64,000 bases of DNA from the NCBI RefSeq assembly GCF_963921235.1, contig NC_086108.1, positions 63,676,001 through 63,740,000 of the forward strand, given 5' to 3'. Under the pieces are notes generated by a model. The model did no database searches and was not told where the DNA came from. It saw nothing but the letters and a program-made list of their open reading frames with translations. A program made the position numbers and the translations under genes. The DNA is from Mobula hypostoma (lineage: Eukaryota). This document shows, in pieces, positions 1 through 13,954 of this stretch (position 1 is its first letter; each line of letters starts with the position of its first letter).

Positions 1-9
1 CTAATTAAA

Positions 10-1350
10 TGTCCTCCTTCTTCAAAGAAAGGGGCTTTCTTTCCTTCACCAAAAATGCTGCTCTCACCCACGTCTCTTCTATTTTGCGCATATCTGCCAT
101 ACCACCAGGGATAGGGTCCTCACCTACCACCCCACTAGCTTCTCTGCCCAGCACATAATTCTCCGTAACCTCTGCCATCTCCAATGAGATTCCACCACCA
201 AGCACATCTTTGCTCTCCCCCAACTTTCTACTTCCCACAGGGATTGTTCCATACGTGACTCCCTTGTCCATTTGTCCCTCCACACTGATCTCCTTCATAG
301 TACTTACCTTTGCAAGTGGACAAGTGCCACACCTGCCCCTACACCTCCTTCCTCATTACCATTGAGGGTCCCAAACAGTCCTTCCAGGTGAAGTGATATT
401 TCACCTGTGAGTCTGTTGTGGTCATCTGCTGTATCCGGTGTTCCCAATGTGGCTGCCTCTACATCGGTGGGATCCAACATAGATTGGGAGACCGCTTCGC
501 CCAGCACCTGTGCTTCATCCGCCTGAAAAAGCAGGATCTCTCAGTGGCAACCCATTTCAGTTCACCTTCCCATTCCTATTCTGACATGTCAGTCCATGGC
601 CTTCTCTTCTGCCACGATGAGCCCACACTCAGATTGGAGGAGCAACTCCTTTTAGCCAGACGGTGATGAACCTGTGGAATTTTTTTCCCATGGGCAGCTG
701 TGAAAGCCAATTCTTTATGTATATTTAAGGCAGAGGTTGATAGATTCTTGATTAGTCAGGGCATGAAGAGATACGGGGAGGAGGCAGGAGATTTGGCTGA
801 GAGGAAAATTGGATCAACCATGATGAAATGGCAGAGCAGACTCGATGGGCCAAATAGCCTAATTCTGCTCCTATATCTTATCGTCTTATGGTCTTCTAGT
901 CTGTCTTGGTAGCCTCCAACCTGATGGTGTGAATTTCCAGGAATTGCACCCACCCTCTCCTTCACCATTCCCCACTCCTGTTTCTCTCTCTCACCTTTTC
1001 TTCTTACCTGGCAGTCACCTCCCTCTGGTGCTCCTCCCCCTTCCCTTTCTTCCGTGGTCTTCTGTCCTCTCCTATCCGATTACCCCTTCTCTAGCGCTTT
1101 ATCTCTTACACCAATCAACTTCGCAGCTCTTTACTTTGCCCACTCCCCACTGCCAGTTTCACCTATAACCTACCACCTTGTGCTTCTACCTCCCCCACTT
1201 GCTCTGACTTCTCATCTCTTTTTTGCAGTCCTGACGAAGGGTCTCGGCCCAATCATCAACTGTTCACTCTTTTCCGCTGATACTGCCTGGCCTGTGTGTG
1301 TTGCTTGGATTTCCAGTATCAGCAGATTTTCTTGCATTTTTGGTTTCCGT
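10..1350 (+). mobile_element. Degenerate Penelope-like element 3' part (GIY-YIG and pseudo-LTR), interrupted by a CR1 3' end at about 650-897
   Basis: VICCIRCSQCGCLYIG GIY-YIG-like peptide (418-666); colinear with the PLE at 3500-4690; decayed hammerhead motif at 1227-1262. Confidence 0.85.
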
Positions 1351-1657
1351 ATCACCTTCGAGCTTGTACTCCTTCTCCTCACCCCACTGCTTTCCTTTCC
1401 AGTTCTGTTGAAGTGCCTCAGCCCCAAAACAGCAGCTCTTTATTCCCCCCCATAAATGCTGCCTGACCTGCTGAGTTCCTTGAGTATTTTGTGTGTGTTA
1501 CTATGATCTTGCCTGATTTTAAATTGGTGAACAGTGATGATTTGTACCAAGATACCATATGTACTAACGTATTGGTGCTGTGAGATATTGATACTTAGAA
1601 TGATCTAAGAAACATAATTTGGAAAATTAACACTAAAGAAAAATGTTATGAAGAATG

Positions 1658-4600
1658 CCTGCAATCACCGTTTTTTTGACTTTGTCATGTTAGGCAAAGA
1701 TCGCAAGATCTTACATCTACGGACTCCAGAGCCTGCCGGCCCCGATGCTAGCAGGCATGAACTTTCAATTGCGGTTTCTGCCATTGATCTCGGCGGCTCC
1801 AACACCTCAGGACATATTCAAAACCCGGACTCCAGCAACGACCATGGACACATTCGAAGTGATTACGCAACCACCAACTGCAACTCCAGCCTTGAACTCC
1901 AGGCCGGGTCTTCATGTGCTGCTGTTGTGACTCCCGTCTCCCCTTCCCCCACCACCACTCCGCAGCCCCGTCTTCCTCAGATCCCACCGTCAACTCCTGA
2001 GCCCTCAGAGGCTCCATCTTCCTCTCTCCCCAACCCTCTCCTCTCCACTGACACCCCCAGCCTCCCCCCTCCCCCCTCTGATCCCAGCTCTCATCCGTGC
2101 CGGGTCTTTACCATCCCCTCCGACCTTCAACTGTCGGAGGCAGAGTGCTCTGTCCTCAGTAAGGGCCTCACGTTTGTCCCCCTTCGCCCACACCTCAGCG
2201 AGTTCCGTGTTCGCCATGATGCGGAACTTTTCTTCCGCCGTCTCCGTCTCCGAGCCTACTTCTTCGGCAAGGACTCTTCCACCCCCACCGATGACCCCTT
2301 CTCCCGTCTTCAACCCTCCTCTTCTTCATGGACACCCCGCTCTGGTCTTCTGCCTGCTCTGGATCTCTTTATTGCCAACTGCCGACGGGACATCAACCGT
2401 CTCGACTTCACCGCACCTTGTCCCCATTCCAAACTCACTCCTTCGGAACGCTCTGCTCTCCACTCCCTCTGCACTAATCCTAACATTATTATTAAACCCG
2501 CTGATAAAGGGGGTGCTGTTGTAGTCTGGCGTACTGACCTCTACCTTGCCGAGGCACAGCGACAACTCGCGGGTACCTCCTCTTATTTACCCCTCGATCG
2601 TGACCCCACTAAGGAGCACCAGGCCATTGTCTCCCACACTATCAACGACTTTATCCGCTCAGGGGATCTCCCATCCACTGCTACCAACCTTATAGTTCCC
2701 ACACCCCGCACTTCCCGTTTCTACCTCCTACCCAAGATCCACAAACCTGCCTGTCCTGGCTGACCTATTGTCTCAGCTTGCTCCTGCCCCACCGAACTCG
2801 TTTCTGCATACCTCGACACTGTTTTATCACCCCTTGTTCAATCCCTTCCGACCCATGTTCGTGACACTTCTCACGCTCTTAAACTTTTCGATGATTTTAA
2901 GTTCCCTGGCCCCCACCGCTTTATTTTCACCATGGATGTCCAGTCCTTATATACTTCCATCCCCCATCAGGAAGGTCTCAAAGCTCTACGCTTCTTTTTG
3001 GATTCCAGACCTAATCAGTTCCCCTCTACCACCACTCTGCTCCGTCTAGCGGAATTAGTCCTTACTCTTAATAATTTCTCCTTTTGCTCCTCCCATTTCC
3101 TCCAAACTAACGGTGTAGCTATGGACACCCGTATGGGTCCTAGCTCTGCCTGCCTTTTTGTTGGGTTTGTGGAACAGTCTATGTTCCGTGCCTATTCTGG
3201 TATATGTCCCCCACTTTTCCTTCGCTACATCGACGACTGCATTGGCGCTGCTTCCTGCACGCATGCAGAACTCGTTGACTTTATTAACTTTGCCTCCAAC
3301 TTTCACCCTGCCCTCAAGTTTACCTGGTCCATTTCCGACACCTCCCTCCCCTTTCTAGATCTTTCTGTCTCTGTCTCTGGAGACAGCTTATCCACTGATG
3401 TCTACTATAAGCCTACTGACTCTCACAGCTATCTTGACTATTCCTCTTCTCACCCTGTCTCTTGCAAAAACGCCATCCCCTTCTCGCAATTCCTCCGTCT
3501 CCGCCGCATCTGCTCTCAGGATGAGGCTTTTCATTCTAGGACGAGGGAGATGTCTTCATTTTTTAAACAAAGGGGCTTCCCTTCCTCCACTATCAACTCT
3601 GCTCTTAAACGCATCTCCCCCATTTCACGTACATCTGCTCTCACTCCATCCTCCCACCACCCCACTAGGAATAGGGTTCCCCTGGTCCTCACCTACCACC
3701 CCACTAGCCTCCAGGTCCAACATATTATTCTCCGTAACTTCCACCACCTCCAACGGGATCCCACCTCTAAGCACATCTTTCCCTCCCCCCCCTCTGCATT
3801 CCGCAGGGATCGCTCCCTACACAACTCCCTTGTCCATTCGTCCCCCCCATCCCTCCCCACTGATCTCCCTCCTGGCACTTATCCGTGTAAGCGGAACAAG
3901 TGCTACACATGCCCTTACACTTCCTCCCTTACCACCATTCAGGGCCCCAAACAGTCCTTCCAGGTGAGGCATCACTTCACCTGTGAGTCGACTGGGGTGA
4001 TATACTGCGTCCGGTGCTCCCGATGTGGCCTTTTATATATTGGTGAGACCCGACGCAGACTGGGAGACCACTTTGCTGAACATCTACGCTCTGTCCGCCA
4101 GAGAAAGCAGGATCTCCCAGTGGCCACACATTTTAATTCCACATCCCATTCCCATTCTGACATGTCTATCCACGGCCTCCTCTACTGTAAAGATGAAGCC
4201 ACACTCAGGTTGGAGGAACAACACCTTATATCCGTCTGGGTAGCCTCCAACCTGATGGCATGAACATTGACTTCTCTAACTTCCGCTAGGCCCCACCTCC
4301 CCCTCGTACCCCATCTGTTACTCATTTTTTTGCACACATTCTTTCTCTCACTCTCCTTTTTCTCCCTCTGTCCCTCTGAATATACCTCTTGCCCATCCTC
4401 TGGGTTAACGCCCCCGTCCCGTCTTTCTTCCCGGACCTCCTGTCCCATGATCCTCTCGTATCCCCTTTTGCCTATCACCTGTCCAGCTCTCGGCTCTATC
4501 CCTCCCCCTCCTGTCTTCTCCTATCATTTTCCATCTCCCCCTCCCCCTCCAGCTTTCAAATCCCTTACTCACTCTTCCTTCAGTTAGTCCTGACGAAGGG

Positions 4601-4685
4601 TCTCGGCCTGAAACGTCGACTGCGCCTCTTCCTATAGATGCTGCTTGGCCTGCTGCGTTCACCAGCAACTTTGATGTGTGTTGCT
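1658..4685 (+). mobile_element. Young, 5'-truncated Penelope-like retroelement (Neptune-like): RT, Cys-rich linker, GIY-YIG endonuclease, 3' pseudo-LTR
   Basis: ORFs 1648-2763 and 2932-4263 share one frame, broken by a TGA at 2761 (PG*PIVS for PGRPIVS). Motifs KPADKGG, MDVQSLYTSIP, RYIDD, CKRNKCYTC and GVIYCVRCSRCGLLYIGET. Flanked by TGAAGAATG at 1649-1657 and 4686-4694. Confidence 0.95.
4586..4621 (+). ncRNA. Minimal type I hammerhead ribozyme motif in PLE pseudo-LTR
   Basis: AGTC-CTGACGA-AGGGTCTCGGCCT-GAAA-CGTC-GACT: stem I AGTC/GACT, intact core, short stem II, palindromic ACGT in place of stem III, GUC cleavage triplet. Confidence 0.8.
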
Positions 4686-5329
4686 TGAAGAATGACCCAT
4701 TGTTTCAATACTTTTGAGAATAATGAGTGGCCAGATCAATTTGATAGCTATTGTAGTTTCTATTTTGATAATCCTAGCCATCTCATTTATACCATGGATA
4801 TCCAAACTTTCCATATATCCACATGTCCACCTCCCACCAGAACAGACTGCTGACCCTTCACTTCCTGAATGGAGGCAAAACTGGTCCTTATCCTCCATCA
4901 TTGCCATTCTCCTGTACCTCATCTTTGTTACACATTGAACAACTCCTCACTGTCTCCAAATAAAGGCTGTTGCAATGCAAATCTGTGTAGTTCATGAATA
5001 TAGTTACCGTTTTGGTGGATTACAAGTTTGTATTTGCTAGCATCTTCCAACCCATCAGTCTTAGCATTCAATGAATCCATTATCTCCTTCATAATGCTTC
5101 CACTATCCTTTTTACCTTTCTTTTCAAAATTATAATTGTGCCTCACCCTTCATGATATCCCAGTTCACTTCTCAATCCTTCCTGCTCACAATGCATTCAC
5201 TTCCCACAGTACCTTAATATCCTATTCATTTTATCTCCTTGTTTCCAGCCATTCAGATCTTTTACAAGTGAAATTTTCATTTTCTTACACTGCACTTGCC
5301 AGCGTTATTGTATATATTTTCTATTTAAA

Positions 5330-6590
5330 TGGCTGTGGAGCCTCATTCATTGGGTATATTTAAAGCAGAGGTTGATAGAAACCATAAGACTATAAAATAT
5401 AGGAGGAGAATTAGGCCATTTGGCCCATCGAGTCTGTTCCGTCATTTCATCATGGCTGATCCAATTTTCCTCTCAGCGTCAATCTCCTGCCTTCTCTCCA
5501 TATCTCTTCATGCCCTGACCAATCGGGAATCTATCAGCCTCTGCCTTAAATATATATAAAGAGTTGACCACAAGTGCTACAGATTCACCACTTTCTGGCT
5601 GAAAGAATTCCTCCTCATCTCCATTCTAAAAGGACGCCCCTCTATCCTGAGCCTATGTCCTCTGGCCCTAGACTCTCCCACCATAGGAAACATACTCTCT
5701 ACATCCACTCTTCACCATTCGAAGGGTTTCAATGAGGTCACCCCCTCAATCTTCTGAATTCCAGTGAATACAGCCCTAGAGCCATCAAACATTCTTCATA
5801 CGACAAGCTATTCAATCCTGGAATCATTTTCGTGGAGCTCCTTTGAACCCTCTCCAGTTTCAACACATCCTTTCTAACATAAGGGGCCCAAAACTGCTCA
5901 CAGAATTCCAAATGAGGTCTCATCAGTGGTTTTATATTCTAGACTCTTGAAATGAATGCAAACATCCCATTTGCCTTCCTCACCACAGTCTCAACCTGCA
6001 AATTAACCTTTAGATAATCCTGCACAAGGATTCCCAAATTCCTTTGCACCTCAGTTTTTTGTATTTTCTCTCCATTCAGAAAGTAGTCAACCTTCTCATT
6101 TCTTCTACCAAAGTGCATGACCATACACTTCCCGACACTGTATTCCATCTGCCATTTTTTTGCCCATTCTCCTAATCTGTCTAAGTCCTTCTGTACCTCT
6201 CTACTTCACAAAACAACCTACCCTTTCTCTTATCTTCATATCACCTGCAAACTTTGCAACAAAGCCATCAATTCCACCATCTAAATCATTGAATTTACCG
6301 TAAAAAGAATCGGTCCCAACACAGAACCCTGTGGACCACCACCAGTCACCGTCAGACAACCAGATAAGGCTTCCTTTATTCCCACTCTTTACCACCTGTC
6401 AATCAGTCCCTGCCTTATCCATGCTAGAATATTTCCTGTAATAAAGTTCTTGATAAGTAAGGATGTTGAAGGTTGTAGAAGGAAGGCAGGAGAATTGGTT
6501 TGAAAGGAAATTATAGATCAGCCATGATGAAATGGTGGAGTAGACTTGAATGGTCTAATTGTGCTCCTGTGTTTTATATTCTTTTGGCCT
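5330..6590. mobile_element. Nested CR1 LINE fragments (minus copy about 5378-6443 inside a plus-strand 3' end)
   Basis: Minus-strand peptides MRPHLEFCEQFWAP, KCMVMHFG and VAKFAGD typical of the CR1 ORF2 C-terminus; CR1-type 3' UTR. Confidence 0.9.
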
Positions 6591-7974
6591 AAAACACATT
6601 ACCATTAACAAGGTGCTTATGTAGAACTTAACACAATAGCCATTTATGTAGCTGTTGTTAAGGTTTCACAAATCCTAGCCCATGGAAAACTAAGTAATGG
6701 CCTAGAAATTCTGCTGCATTGGATAAGGATCCATGACTGTGTACTCTGTGGTGAGCTCTGCATGCTTTATCTAAATGTTTTCTGTTGTAAAATTGTCCTG
6801 TGCACAAGTCCTTGTGTGCAACTTAACTAGTCTTACAAGCTTAATGCAAGAATATTTGTCTGCTCACTTTCTTTTCAAAATGAGTGAAGCAGGTAGGTAT
6901 TGGGACAAGGGAGGGAAGAATAGGGAAATTTTCCGGGGAGGAATAGTAAAGTGAAGTTTGTGGTGTCAGACAAGCTAAGCCTATTTTTTAAAGATTAGCT
7001 TCATTTGATATATATATAAACATCAAAACATTCCCTGAAATGTGTCATTTACACCAACAAACATCACAGCACGAGAACGTGGTAGGGGAAGCCTGCAAGT
7101 TTTGCCATTTCCTGGCAGCTACATATCATGTCCACAACCTACTAACCCTAATCTTTGGAATGTGGGAGGAAACTGAAGCACCTGGAAGAAACCCACATGG
7201 TCATGGGGAAAACATACAAGCAGCAGGAATTGAACCTGAATTGCTGGTTCACCACACTACGGTGGTGTCCAAAGAGAATTGGTTGTCCTAGATCAGAATG
7301 GGCAAGTGTGTGAAGACAGGTGGAGGGGGAGGATTGGAGGAAACGAGAAGAGATGAGATGGTGAGGTTTATGAGATTGTGATTTGTTGGATGTAGGAGTT
7401 GGAAGCTTAGAGGTAGTTTTTATCTTAAAGGTACCTACATACAGCTGGTTCCCATGGTTTGGTTCCCTGGGCAGGTTTGCTCAACTAGGTCCCTCCTGAG
7501 CATTGCCGAAGTAGGCTTCACCTTGGCAATCATTCATGAGTTCTAAACTAAATTCATCAAGTGATAAGCTTTCCTATGAAATTCTACCACATAGAATACA
7601 AATATCTTATCCTACACAACTGTGCCTTCAGAATTCAACATACCGTATGAGATCATTTAAACTGTAAGATTCCTGCATGAAAGGTTTGGTGTGGTAGTAG
7701 GGCCACATGGCAAGGTAACAGGGCCACTCAGCCCACCACCCCTATGCCAGGTAGATGGGTGTCTCAAATGAGAATGGGCATCTTACTGACATGCTCACAC
7801 TCTGCAATTGGAAATGATTACCACAGTTGTCTTTAATTACAGATCAATATTTCCTTTTACATGTTGGGAATCCGAGATAAGAATCACAACATGCTGGAGA
7901 TTTTCAGCAAGTCAGATAACATTTGTGGAAAGGGAAAGTTCATATTTCAGGTTCCCAAGAGCTTTAACGTTGTG

Positions 7975-8465
7975 ACCCACTCTCACAGCTGGAATATTGT
8001 ACACTTGTTTGCAGTTCTAGTCACCACACCATAGGACGGACTAGAATTGGAGGAAATGCAGAAGAAATTCACCAAGAAGTTGCCTTGGAGCAGAGAAATC
8101 TGAGGTGGACGAAAGAGAAACACAAAATCACGAGAAACAGAGATATGGTAGATAGTAAGACATTTTTCCCCATGGCAGAGTAGTTTGAGACCATAGGACA
8201 AAGGTTTAAGATGAGGTGTAGGATGTTCAGAGGAAATCTGAGGAAAATTTTCATCAAGAGGATTATTACAATTTGCAACACTGCCTGAGAAGGTGACAAG
8301 GGCAAATACATTCACAATATCAAAGAAGCATTTGAACAATTACTTCAATCACTGAAGCTGGTAGGCCATAGACAAAGCACTGATAAAAGGGATTAATATT
8401 GATAGGACCTGATGATCAATAGGACCTTGCTGGGCCAAGGCCTTCTTCTTTGCTGTATGGCTCTG
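7975..8465 (+). mobile_element. Old CR1 3' fragment
   Basis: Decayed similarity to the CR1 ORF2 end (LEYC..QFW..; FTQR region) seen in younger copies in this window. Confidence 0.7.
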
Positions 8466-8702
8466 AGCACATGACCATCAGATCTCCCTTTTGTAATGTT
8501 AACCCTTCTTTCCACTGAGACTACCTAATGGACTGAGCATTGCCTGTCTGTTAAGATACTCTTATATGTTGTTTTTTTTCCCATATCTACTGGAGCATTG
8601 CTTGGGGCACAGTGGCATGTTAAAAGCTTAATTCTTATTGTTTGAAAAGTAGCATTGTGATGGTCATCTGGATCCTTCTGTACCCTTTCTCTTTCTTTGC
8701 AG

Positions 8703-8887
8703 AGAAAGTCCATGATGAGATTGTGAGTGTAATTGGCCAGCAAGATCCTGTGATGGATGATCGAATCAATCTTCCTTACACCAATGCAGTTGTTCATGAA
8801 ATACAGCGAAAAGGCATCTTAGTCCCATTTACTCTTCACAGGGAAACTACTCGAGATACAACAGTGGGAAAATACTTCATACCAAAG
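8703..8887 (+). CDS. Cytochrome P450 family 2 (CYP2J/2D/2K-like), exon 7
   Basis: Pyrimidine tract and AG at 8701-8702, GT donor at 8888, 185 bp. Translates EKVHDEIVSVIGQQDPVMDDRINLPYTNAVVHEIQR...YFIPK with the K-helix ExxR motif (EIQR). Phase and size fit the conserved CYP2 exon 7. Confidence 0.95.
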
Positions 8888-9769
8888 GTAATTGAAACAC
8901 AGGTTTTCAACATGAAATCGTATTGAACGAACACAGAATATAATATAAATAAGATGAAAGACTCAAGAAAGATGATTATAAGAGCTGGGTGCTGTGAGTA
9001 TTCACAGTTTGAGAGATTTGCTAAAGCTAGGGTGTGTTTTGATATGAATAATTCATTTCTTGAAGCCCTATTGAGGCATTTCCTTCCTTTTTACTATTCT
9101 GACAAATACTTGTGTTGTGGATTAAATCTACAAATCTATCAAGATATCACGAGAGCCTCACAGGTAAGAAATACATTCATAATCAGTCCATCTTAATTTA
9201 TTTGTTTAAACAAATCTCCACTGTTTCCATTGCTCCTGTCAAAATATTTCTTTAATAATTCTCTTTTTTATTTGGCTCCATGCAAACTTTTTGTTATTCA
9301 CTATGATTAAAAACTGCTTTATGTTTTAGAACTGACTTTTGCTGACTTGAATCTCTCTCCTTGTTCCATTCTCAAAGTCCACTCTTTATCCTTAGTTTTC
9401 CTCGGAACATGATGTGAAAAATGGATTAACACCACATATCCTTTCAGGAGTAAAACATATGTGCACACAAACAAACTAGGATGTGATGAAGACCACAAGG
9501 ACAATTTGCTTGTTATTGCCTTGCATCTTAGAAAAATTGGTTGAGAACAGCCAGAGCTTGCATTTTTCAAGCTACAATGACCTCATCCAGCTCTGCAGCA
9601 GAAGAAGCATACTGATGGGTTTCACATTAACACCTTAATTTACAACTTTGGGGAAGCGAAATACTGCTTCTTCCTACTCCCTACATAAACCACTAATTTG
9701 CACCATCCACCCCTATACTGACAGCCATAGAAGCATCCTCTCTTGCTCAGCAGGGAGGTTGATTCCAAC

Positions 9770-10200
9770 TTTACAAAACATTGGTTGTACCTTAGCTGGA
9801 GCATTACACACAGTTCTGGTCGCCACACTATATGGAAGATGTGACATTGCTGGAGAGGGTGCAGAGGAATTTCACCAGGATGTTCCCCAGGATGGGATGT
9901 TTCAGTAATGAGGAGAGATTGCAGAGTCGGTGTCTGTTCTTTCTGGAACAAAGGAGGTTCAGAAGTTACCCGATTGAGATATATAAAATTATGAAGGGTG
10001 TAGATAGGGTAGTCTGCAGGAAACTATTCTCCATATCAGTGATAGACATACTTAAGTTCATAAATTTAGGAAGGGTTCACTGATTTAGCAGAGATCTGAG
10101 AGGGACTTTTTCACTTAGTGAATGAGTGGGATCTTTTCACTCAATAAATGATGAAAACATTGCCTGAGAGAGTGCAGGAAGTAGAGCAATTTAAGTGCTC
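9770..10200 (+). mobile_element. Old CR1 3' fragment (resumes at about 11200-11295)
   Basis: EDVTLLERVQRNFTRMFP...EIYKIMKG peptide. Confidence 0.75.
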
Positions 10201-10219
10201 ACCCAGTCACTTCTAAAAT

Positions 10220-11200
10220 GTCAAGTCAAGTCAAGTCGCTTTTATTGTCATTTCAACCTTAACTGCTGGTACAGTACACAGTAAAAACGAATCAACAATT
10301 CTCCAGGACCATGGTGCTACATGAAACAACACAAAACTACACCAGACTATGTGAAACAACACTAAACTACACTAAACTATGTGAAACAACACAAAATCAG
10401 GCCTACCCGGGACTACATGAAGTGCAAGACAGTACAATAATTAATAAACAAGACAATAGGCACAGTAAAGGACAAATTACAATATAATAATAAATGATTT
10501 AAATGTAAGCAATGTAAACAATGTTTCAGCAGGAATTGAGAAAGAAATGAGCAAAAATTGCAAAGGGAGTGGAGTGGTGTTCAGTTGTGTGTGTGTGTGT
10601 GTGTGTATGTGTGTTGGTGTCAAACTAGACTCTGGGAATTGAAGATTCTAATGGCTTGGGGGAAGAAACTGTTACACAGTCTGGTCATGAGAGCCCGAAT
10701 GCTTCATTACCTTTTACCAGATGGCAGGAGGGAGAAGAGTTTGTATGAGAGGTGCGTGGGGTCCTTCACAATGCTGTTTGCTTCGCGGATGCAGCGTGTG
10801 GTGTAAATGTCTGTAATGGCGGGAAGAGAGACCCCGATGATCCCTTCAGCTGACCTCACTATCCACTGCAGGGTCTTGCAATCCGAGACGGTGCAATTTC
10901 CGAACCAGGCAGTAATGCAGCCGCTCAGGATGCTCTTGATACATACCCTGTAGAATGTGGTGAGGATGTGGGGTGGAAGATGAACTTTTTTCAGCCTTCG
11001 CAGAAAGTAGAGACGCTGCTGGGCTCTCTTGGCTATGGAGCTGGTGTTGAGGGACCAGGTGAGATTCTCCGCCAGGTGAACATCAAGAAATTTCGTGCTC
11101 TTAATGATCTCTACGGAGGAGCAGTCAGTGTCAGCGGAGAGTGGTCGCTCGGTGCTCTCCTGAAGCCAACAACCATCTCTTTTGTTTAGTTCACATTCAG
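10220..11200 (-). mobile_element. Rex1/Babar-like (L2-related) LINE 3' fragment
   Basis: KFLDVHLAENLTWSLNT...AQQRLYFLRRLKK...TTFYR...SILSGCITAWFG peptide; (TTGAC)n tail at 10221-10237. Confidence 0.85.
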
Positions 11201-11297
11201 ATACAGTTAAGTGCTGACAGCATTTAAGAAGCATCTGGATGAGCATTGAATTGTTTGGGCATAGAAGAATATTAGTCATGCTGGAGAATGGGATTAA

Positions 11298-13590
11298 GGC
11301 ATAGAAGAAGAATTAGGCCATTCAGCCCACTGAGTCTGCTCCACCATTTCATAAAGGCTGATCCATTTCCCTCTCAACCCCTATTTTCCTGCCTTTTCCC
11401 CAGAAGCTTTCACCTCTCACTAATCAAGAACCTATCAATCTCAACCTTAAATGCACTCAGTGACCTGGCCTCCATAGCCACCTGTAGCAACAAATTCCAC
11501 ACGTTCTTCACCCTCTGGCTAAAGAAATTCCACTTTATCTCTGTTCTAAATGGATATCCCTCTAAGTTGAGGCTATGCTCTCTGGTCGTTGATGCTCCCT
11601 ACAAAGGAAACATCCACTTCATATCCACTCTATCTAGGCCTTTCAGCATTTGATAGGTTTCAATGAGATCCCCTCCCCCTCATTCTTCAAAACTACAGTG
11701 AGCACTGGCCCAGAACCTTTAATCACTGCTCATATGATGAGCCGTTCATTCCTGGAATCATTCTCGTGAGCCTCCTCTGAACCTTCTCCAATGTCAATAC
11801 GTCCTTTCTTAAATAAGGGACCAAAACTGCTCCCAATACTCCATGAGATTTCACCAGTGCCTTATACAGCCCCAGCATTACATCTTTGCTTTTATATTCT
11901 AGTCTTCTTGAAATGAATATTAATATTGCATTTGCCTTCCTCACCACCAATTCAACCTACAAATTAACCTTTAGAGAATCCTGTGTGAGTACTGCCCAAT
12001 CTGTTTGCACCTCACATTTTTGAATTTTCTCCCCGTTTAGAAAATAGTCTAATAGAAAAGTGTTTGCCTGATCAAACACTTCCTAACACTGTATCCATCT
12101 GCCACCTCTTTGCCCATTCTCTTAATCTGTCTAAGTCCTTCTCAGCCTCTCTTCTTCCTCAACCCTACATGCCCTTCCACCTGTCTTTGATTCGTCCGCA
12201 AACCTGACCACAAAGCCATCAATTTCATCATCTAAATCGTTGACATATTGTAAAATGTAAAAAGAAGCAGCTCAATACATACCCCTTGGAATATCTCTAG
12301 TCACTGGCAGCCAATCTGAAAAGGACCCTTTTATTCCCACTCTTTGTCTCCTGCCAATCAGCCAATGCTGTATCCATGCTAGTATTTTTCCTGTGCTCTT
12401 ATCTTGTTAAGCAGCCTTGGTGCGGCACCTTATCAAAGGCCTTTTGAAAATCCAAGTACGCAACATCCACTGATTTTCCTTTGTCTATCCTGCTTGTTAT
12501 TTATTCAATGAATTCCAATGGATTTGTCCGACAAGGTTTTCCCTCAAGGAAATCATGCTGACTTTGGCTTATTTTGTCATGTACCTCCAAGTACCCCAAA
12601 ACCACATCCTTAATAATCAACTTCAACATCTTCCCAACCACTGAGGTCTGGCTAACTTGCCTAAAAGTCCTTTGCAACACACACAAAATACTGGAGGAAC
12701 TCAGCAGGCCAGGCAGCATCAATGGAAAAGAGTAAACAGCCGACGTTTCAAGCTGAGACCCTTCATCAGTACTGATTTTGTGTGTGTGTTTGGATTTCCA
12801 GCATCTGCTGATTTTCTTGTGTCTATAAGTTCCTTTCTTCTGCCTTCCTCACTTCTTGAAAGAGTGTAATGACATTTGCAATTTTCCAGTCCTCTGGAAT
12901 CATGCCAGAATCTATTGATTCTTGAAAGATCGTCACTAATGCCTCCACAATCTCTTCAGCTACCTCTTTTAGAACCCTTGGGTGTAGTCCATCAGGGTCC
13001 AGGTGGCTTCTCTATCTTTATCTTTCACCATCTCCCTAGGGAAAGCAACTGCACTCACTTCTGCCCCTTGATACTGTGAAACTTCCAGCATACTACTAGT
13101 GAAGATTGATGCAAAATACAAATTCAGTTCATCTGCCATTTATTGGCTAGCTTACTTTCATAGTTCATCTTCTCTCCACCTCCCCCCCCCACCACCAATG
13201 ATTTCTTTAGTTGCCTACTGGTTATTTTTTAAAAATTCCCAATCCTTTAACTTTCTGCTAATTTTTACTCTATTATATGCCCTCCTCTTTCGCTTTGACT
13301 TCCCTTATCAGCAACAGTTGTGTTATCCTGCCTTTAGAATACTTTCTCTTCTTTGAAGTGCATCTATTCTGTGCCTTCTGAATTGCTCCCAGAAACTCTA
13401 GCCATTAAAATTCTGCCATCATCCCTGCAAGTGTCGCTTTCCAGTCAAGTTTGGCCAGCTCCTCTCTCATGCCTCTGTAGAGCTGATACATTTAAATTTA
13501 GCTTCTATGTTTCAAATTGCAGGGTAAATTTTATCACAGTTTCCTAATGGTTCCATTATCTTAAGCTCAAGTTCATTTCACAACACCCAA
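11298..13590 (-). mobile_element. Decayed CR1 LINE with a PLE pseudo-LTR inserted at about 12674-12820
   Basis: CR1 ORF2 peptides (VSQTSVVGKML...SQHDF; LYKALV); hammerhead-type motif at 12738-12773 on the minus strand. Confidence 0.85.
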
Positions 13591-13954
13591 TTAATATGGG
13601 TGGATGCCCAGAGGTCTTGATGGTCATCGTGGGCCAGATGGCTGTCTATGTCTCCATCTCACCCGGACTCACCCTGGGACTATTCCTGGCTCTTGAGCAG
13701 AACAGACTTGTATAGAACTCAACTAGTGAATGTTGTTGATTTGTAGATTTATTTAACTTTTGCAACATGCAGAGGTAATGATGAAACTCAGCAACCATAT
13801 TAAGATGGTCCCTTGGGCTTCTGTTCAGTTGTATTTTGGTTTTTAATGAGTTGAAGCCCTATATATCTTCTAGCCTTTCCTCACATCCAAGCTTAGATAT
13901 AGAAGATTGAAACTTTCTATTTCATTTGACATGTATTTCTTGTTTGGTCGTTAG

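Noticed and set aside
8642..8926. ORF-track 94-aa ORF as a standalone gene
   Set aside because: Only 8703-8887 is P450-like; the rest is read-through into intron.
10586..10612. (TG)n microsatellite
   Set aside because: Ordinary simple repeat inside a LINE 3' UTR.
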